Shown here: in pieces, positions 60,837 through 64,000 of the stretch | How positions within the stretch are numbered: position 1 is the stretch's first letter | Layout of the letters: each line of letters starts with the position of its first letter | Assembly (NCBI GenBank): GCA_009702965.1 | Contig: WLHB01000001.1 | Span: 30,788 to 94,787 of the forward strand | Direction of reading: 5' to 3' | DNA: 64,000 bases | Origin: Actinomycetota bacterium | GTDB lineage: Bacteria; Actinomycetota; Actinomycetes; Nanopelagicales; Nanopelagicaceae | Made by a program: the position numbers and the translations under genes | The notes under the pieces: generated by a model | Databases searched by the model: none | What the model was told of the DNA's origin: nothing | The model's input: only the letters and a program-made list of their open reading frames with translations

Positions 60837-61661
60837 ATGTTTAGACACTCAATTCCTTCGCCTAGCTCTGCCTATCTTGAGATAGGCCCGCTCACTCTGC
60901 ACTTTTACGCACTCTGCATCATTACTGGAATTGCAGTGGCAGTCTGGCTTGGCGATAGACGCCTGAGAGCGATAAATCCAGCTCTTACATCAGTTGTTGC
61001 AGACGTAGCAATATTCGCTGTGCCCTTTGGAATCATTGGTGGTCGTATCTACCACGTTCTCTCCGCACCTTCAGATTACTTTGGCTCGGGCAGTGAGCTC
61101 CTTAACATCTTTGCAATTTGGAAAGGTGGACTTGGAATCTGGGGCGCAATTTCACTCGGGGCACTCGGTGCATTTATTGGTTATCGTAAGGCGGTACGAA
61201 GTAAGCCTGAGCTGACATTCCCGCCATTTATTCGATTTTTAGATTCATTAGCGCCAGGAATTTTATTAGCACAGGCAATTGGTCGTATTGGCAATTGGTT
61301 TAATATCGAACTCTTTGGATCACCGACACAGAGTTGGTGGGGGCTTGAGGTTCCGCTGGCATCGCGTCCAGTTGGATATACAGATTTTGCAACTTTCCAT
61401 CCAACCTTTGCCTACGAGGCGATCTGGTGCATTCTTGTTGCAGTGCTTCTTCTCATCTTTACAGGGCGTTTAAAGCAAGGACAGGCTTTCGCACTCTACA
61501 TCGCCCTTTACTGCCTAGGTCGATTCCTGATTGAGGATATACGAATTGATTCAGCCAATGAGTTTCTGGGGCTACGCCAAAATCAATGGGTGAGCGTGGT
61601 TATTGGATTACTGGCTCTTGCCGCATTCATGAAAATTCAGAAAAAGAGTTCAAAGATTTAA
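60837..61661 (+). CDS. lgt: Prolipoprotein diacylglyceryl transferase
   Basis: GGRIYHV, W.GGLGIWG, AQAIGRIGNWFN.ELFG and HPTFAYE motifs. Confidence 0.95.
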   Translation: MFRHSIPSPSSAYLEIGPLTLHFYALCIITGIAVAVWLGDRRLRAINPALTSVVADVAIFAVPFGIIGGRIYHVLSAPSDYFGSGSELLNIFAIWKGGLGIWGAISLGALGAFIGYRKAVRSKPELTFPPFIRFLDSLAPGILLAQAIGRIGNWFNIELFGSPTQSWWGLEVPLASRPVGYTDFATFHPTFAYEAIWCILVAVLLLIFTGRLKQGQAFALYIALYCLGRFLIEDIRIDSANEFLGLRQNQWVSVVIGLLALAAFMKIQKKSSKI

Positions 61662-61683
61662 CTCCTCAGGTACCCTTACCAAC

Positions 61684-62397
61684 ATGGGTCTGGAAGATGT
61701 CTATCAAAGAAATCGTGAACACCGCACTCACCGTGCTGGCTGGTTGCGTGCTGCAGTACTAGGCGCTAATGATGGCATCGTCTCCACTGCAAGCCTCATG
61801 ATCGGTGTCACTGCGGCAACGCCAGATGAAAGTAGTTTTATCGTTACCGCGGGTGTTGCAGGAATTGTTGCTGGCGCAATGTCAATGGCGGTTGGTGAGT
61901 ACGTTTCTGTTCGCTCACAAAATGATGTTGAAGATTCCGATAGACATTTAGAGATTGAACATTTAGCAATTGATCCAGAAGGTGAATTGTTGGAACTCAC
62001 CCAGATCTATATCGAACGCGGACTTACTCCAGAATTGGCAGAAGAAGTCGCACGTCAGATGCATGCGCGTGATCCACTCGAAGCTCATCTACGCGATGAG
62101 TTAGGGCAAACACCCCACAGCAAGGCGCGTCCGATGCAGGCAGCCCTTGCTTCAGCAGCAAGTTTTTCATTGGGTGGTCTCATTCCATTTCTCGGTGTCT
62201 TCGCTCCAACCCCTGGCGCGATAGCACTGAGCATCGTTGCTTTTGCCTTGGTCGGTCTTCTCTTCACCGGAATTACCAGCGCGAAGATTGCTGGAAAGCC
62301 TGTGCTGGGTCCTACGGTCAGAGTGCTGATCGGTGGCTCACTCGGGATGGCTGTCACCGCTGGCGTGGGTCGTCTTTTTCACATCACTCTTGGGTAA
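61684..62397 (+). CDS. VIT1/CCC1 family Fe/Mn transporter
   Basis: LRAAVLGANDGIVS, AGAMSMAVGEYVSV and H.RDELG motifs. Confidence 0.92.
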   Translation: MGLEDVYQRNREHRTHRAGWLRAAVLGANDGIVSTASLMIGVTAATPDESSFIVTAGVAGIVAGAMSMAVGEYVSVRSQNDVEDSDRHLEIEHLAIDPEGELLELTQIYIERGLTPELAEEVARQMHARDPLEAHLRDELGQTPHSKARPMQAALASAASFSLGGLIPFLGVFAPTPGAIALSIVAFALVGLLFTGITSAKIAGKPVLGPTVRVLIGGSLGMAVTAGVGRLFHITLG

Positions 62398-62506
62398 TCG
62401 ATAAGCGCGCTTGACCTACCATCTAGCCCCTTGAGTTGATACTCTTTTCTTCGGGTCAGCGTTGTCCCGTTGATATAACGGCACAAGACAACAGGGGACA
62501 CCTTCC

Positions 62507-64000
62507 ATGGCTCTTCCATCTACATTTCCGGTAGCTCAGGGTTTATACAACCCTGCCGACGAACATGATGCATGCGGTGTTGCGATGGTTGCCACGCTTA
62601 ACAAAGTTGCAACACATCACATTGTCTCGCAAGCACTTACTGCACTTCGTAATCTTGAACACCGCGGAGCAGCGGGCGCTGAACCCGACAGCGGTGATGG
62701 CGCAGGCATTCTTATTCGTGTGCCAGATGCGTTTTATCGCGCAGTAACAACCTTTGATCTACCTGCTGAAGGAAGTTACGCAACTGGAATTGCATTTATT
62801 CAAGATGGATTTGACCCGACATCATTGATCTCCACCCTCGCACTAGAAGAAAATCTTATTGTGATTGGTTGGCGAGACCTGCCAATCAATCCAGAATCAG
62901 TCGGATCTACAGCCAAATCTGTCATGCCGATCTTTAAGCAACTCTTTGTGAAATCAAAGAACGGAGAGAGCGGGATCGCTCTCGATCGCATGGCCTTTGC
63001 TCTTCGAAAGAGAGCAGAGCATCAAGGAGAGATTTACTTTCCATCATTTTCTTCCCAAACAATTGTTTACAAGGGCATGCTTACAACTGGACAACTCGAA
63101 GAGTTCTTCCCAGACCTAAACGATGAAAGAGTTGTTTCACCTTTGGCACTTGTTCACTCTCGATTTTCTACAAACACTTTCCCATCGTGGCCACTTGCAC
63201 ACCCATATCGCTTCATCGCTCACAATGGTGAGATCAATACCGTTAAAGGAAATCGAAACTGGATGCGTGCGCGTGAGTCACTTCTTGCAAGTGATTTGAT
63301 TCCAGGTGATTTGGCTCGACTATTTCCAATCGTTGAAATGTCCGGAAGCGATTCAGCTTCATTTGATGAGGTTCTAGAACTTCTCTATCTTGGCGGTCGC
63401 TCTCTTCCACACTCAGTTTTGATGATGATCCCCGAAGCGTGGGAAAACCATGCCACCATGACAAAGAAGCGACGCGATTTCTATGCATTCCACTCTTCCC
63501 TTATGGAGCCATGGGATGGCCCTGCATGCGTGACATTTACAGATGGAAACCAAGTAGGAGCAGTCCTCGATCGAAATGGCTTACGCCCTTCGAGATTCTG
63601 GGTTACTCGCGATGGCCTCGTAGTACTTGCATCTGAAGCTGGTGTTCTTGATTTTCCTGCTGACTCAATCGTTCGCAAAGGTCGTTTGCAGCCTGGCAAG
63701 ATGTTCTTAGTTGATATCAATGCGGGTCGAATCATTGAAGATGATGAAATTAAAGATTCACTGGCAGAAGCTGCGCCATACGGCAAATGGGTAGAAGAAG
63801 GAGTTGTAAAGCTTTCTGATCTTCCTGCGCGAGAGCACATTATTTATCCTCACTCTTCAGTTCTGCGTCGTCAGCGAGCCTTTGGATATACCGAAGAAGA
63901 GCTCCGCATGATTATTACTCCAATGGCTAAAGGTGGGGGAGAAGCCCTTGGTTCCATGGGAACGGATACTCCGATCGCAGCGCTTTCAGATAAGCCACGC
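62507..64000 (+). CDS. gltB: Glutamate synthase large subunit, 3'-truncated by window edge (not in ORF track)
   Basis: ATG 62507 gives [25 protein letters not shown]...LEHRGA..GDGAG, later [22 protein letters not shown] and DRNGLRP. Confidence 0.96.
   Translation, partial: MALPSTFPVAQGLYNPADEHDACGVAMVATLNKVATHHIVSQALTALRNLEHRGAAGAEPDSGDGAGILIRVPDAFYRAVTTFDLPAEGSYATGIAFIQDGFDPTSLISTLALEENLIVIGWRDLPINPESVGSTAKSVMPIFKQLFVKSKNGESGIALDRMAFALRKRAEHQGEIYFPSFSSQTIVYKGMLTTGQLEEFFPDLNDERVVSPLALVHSRFSTNTFPSWPLAHPYRFIAHNGEINTVKGNRNWMRARESLLASDLIPGDLARLFPIVEMSGSDSASFDEVLELLYLGGRSLPHSVLMMIPEAWENHATMTKKRRDFYAFHSSLMEPWDGPACVTFTDGNQVGAVLDRNGLRPSRFWVTRDGLVVLASEAGVLDFPADSIVRKGRLQPGKMFLVDINAGRIIEDDEIKDSLAEAAPYGKWVEEGVVKLSDLPAREHIIYPHSSVLRRQRAFGYTEEELRMIITPMAKGGGEALGSMGTDTPIAALSDKPR

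Noticed and set aside
62565-63840. Several short ORFs at the window end
   Set aside because: Alternative-frame or antisense fragments within gltB, which runs off the window edge
1-64000. tRNA, rRNA, prophage, IS or defence island
   Set aside because: None recognisable; intergenic spaces are short and accounted for, and gene order is core actinobacterial

Overview
This is core chromosome from a genome-streamlined actinobacterium. Gene content, moderate GC, very short intergenic spaces and overlapping genes resemble freshwater acI/Nanopelagicales (Ca. Planktophila-like); the taxonomy is an inference. In order, the window holds: ogt (partial), ltaE, an EamA transporter, nfo and a PASTA Ser/Thr kinase; a PnuC-family transporter plus P-loop kinase behind a structurally altered TPP-like riboswitch; a split carotenoid cluster (crtE-crtI-crtB and crtA-cruF-GT2-crtD-like) around metF and a CDP-alcohol phosphatidyltransferase; MFS, TauE and DoxX genes; a LexA/PafBC-type mutagenesis cassette (small ImuB-C-like protein, dnaE2, dinB); the dcw cluster (mraZ to ftsZ-pgeF-yggS-sepF-yggT) with no divIVA; ileS, a histone-like DksA/TraR protein, lspA, rluD and dnaE1; the his and trp operons; a DsbA-like gene, lgt, VIT1 and the 5' part of gltB. 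I saw no tRNA, rRNA, CRISPR or mobile element. Six signals stand out. (1) A TPP-like aptamer lacks P1 and has a collapsed pyrophosphate pocket; it controls a transporter and kinase pair. (2) The mraW RNA loop is complementary to both the mraZ and rsmH ribosome-binding sites. (3) hisH appears to start at AUU. (4) An uncalled 59-aa miniaturised trp-operon membrane protein lies between trpE and trpC. (5) The mutasome lacks imuA' and full-length imuB, and its DnaE2 carries a clamp-like motif. (6) Leaderless promoters are pervasive, including a bidirectional one in a 23-bp gap. All family calls come from motif recognition; no database searches were run.
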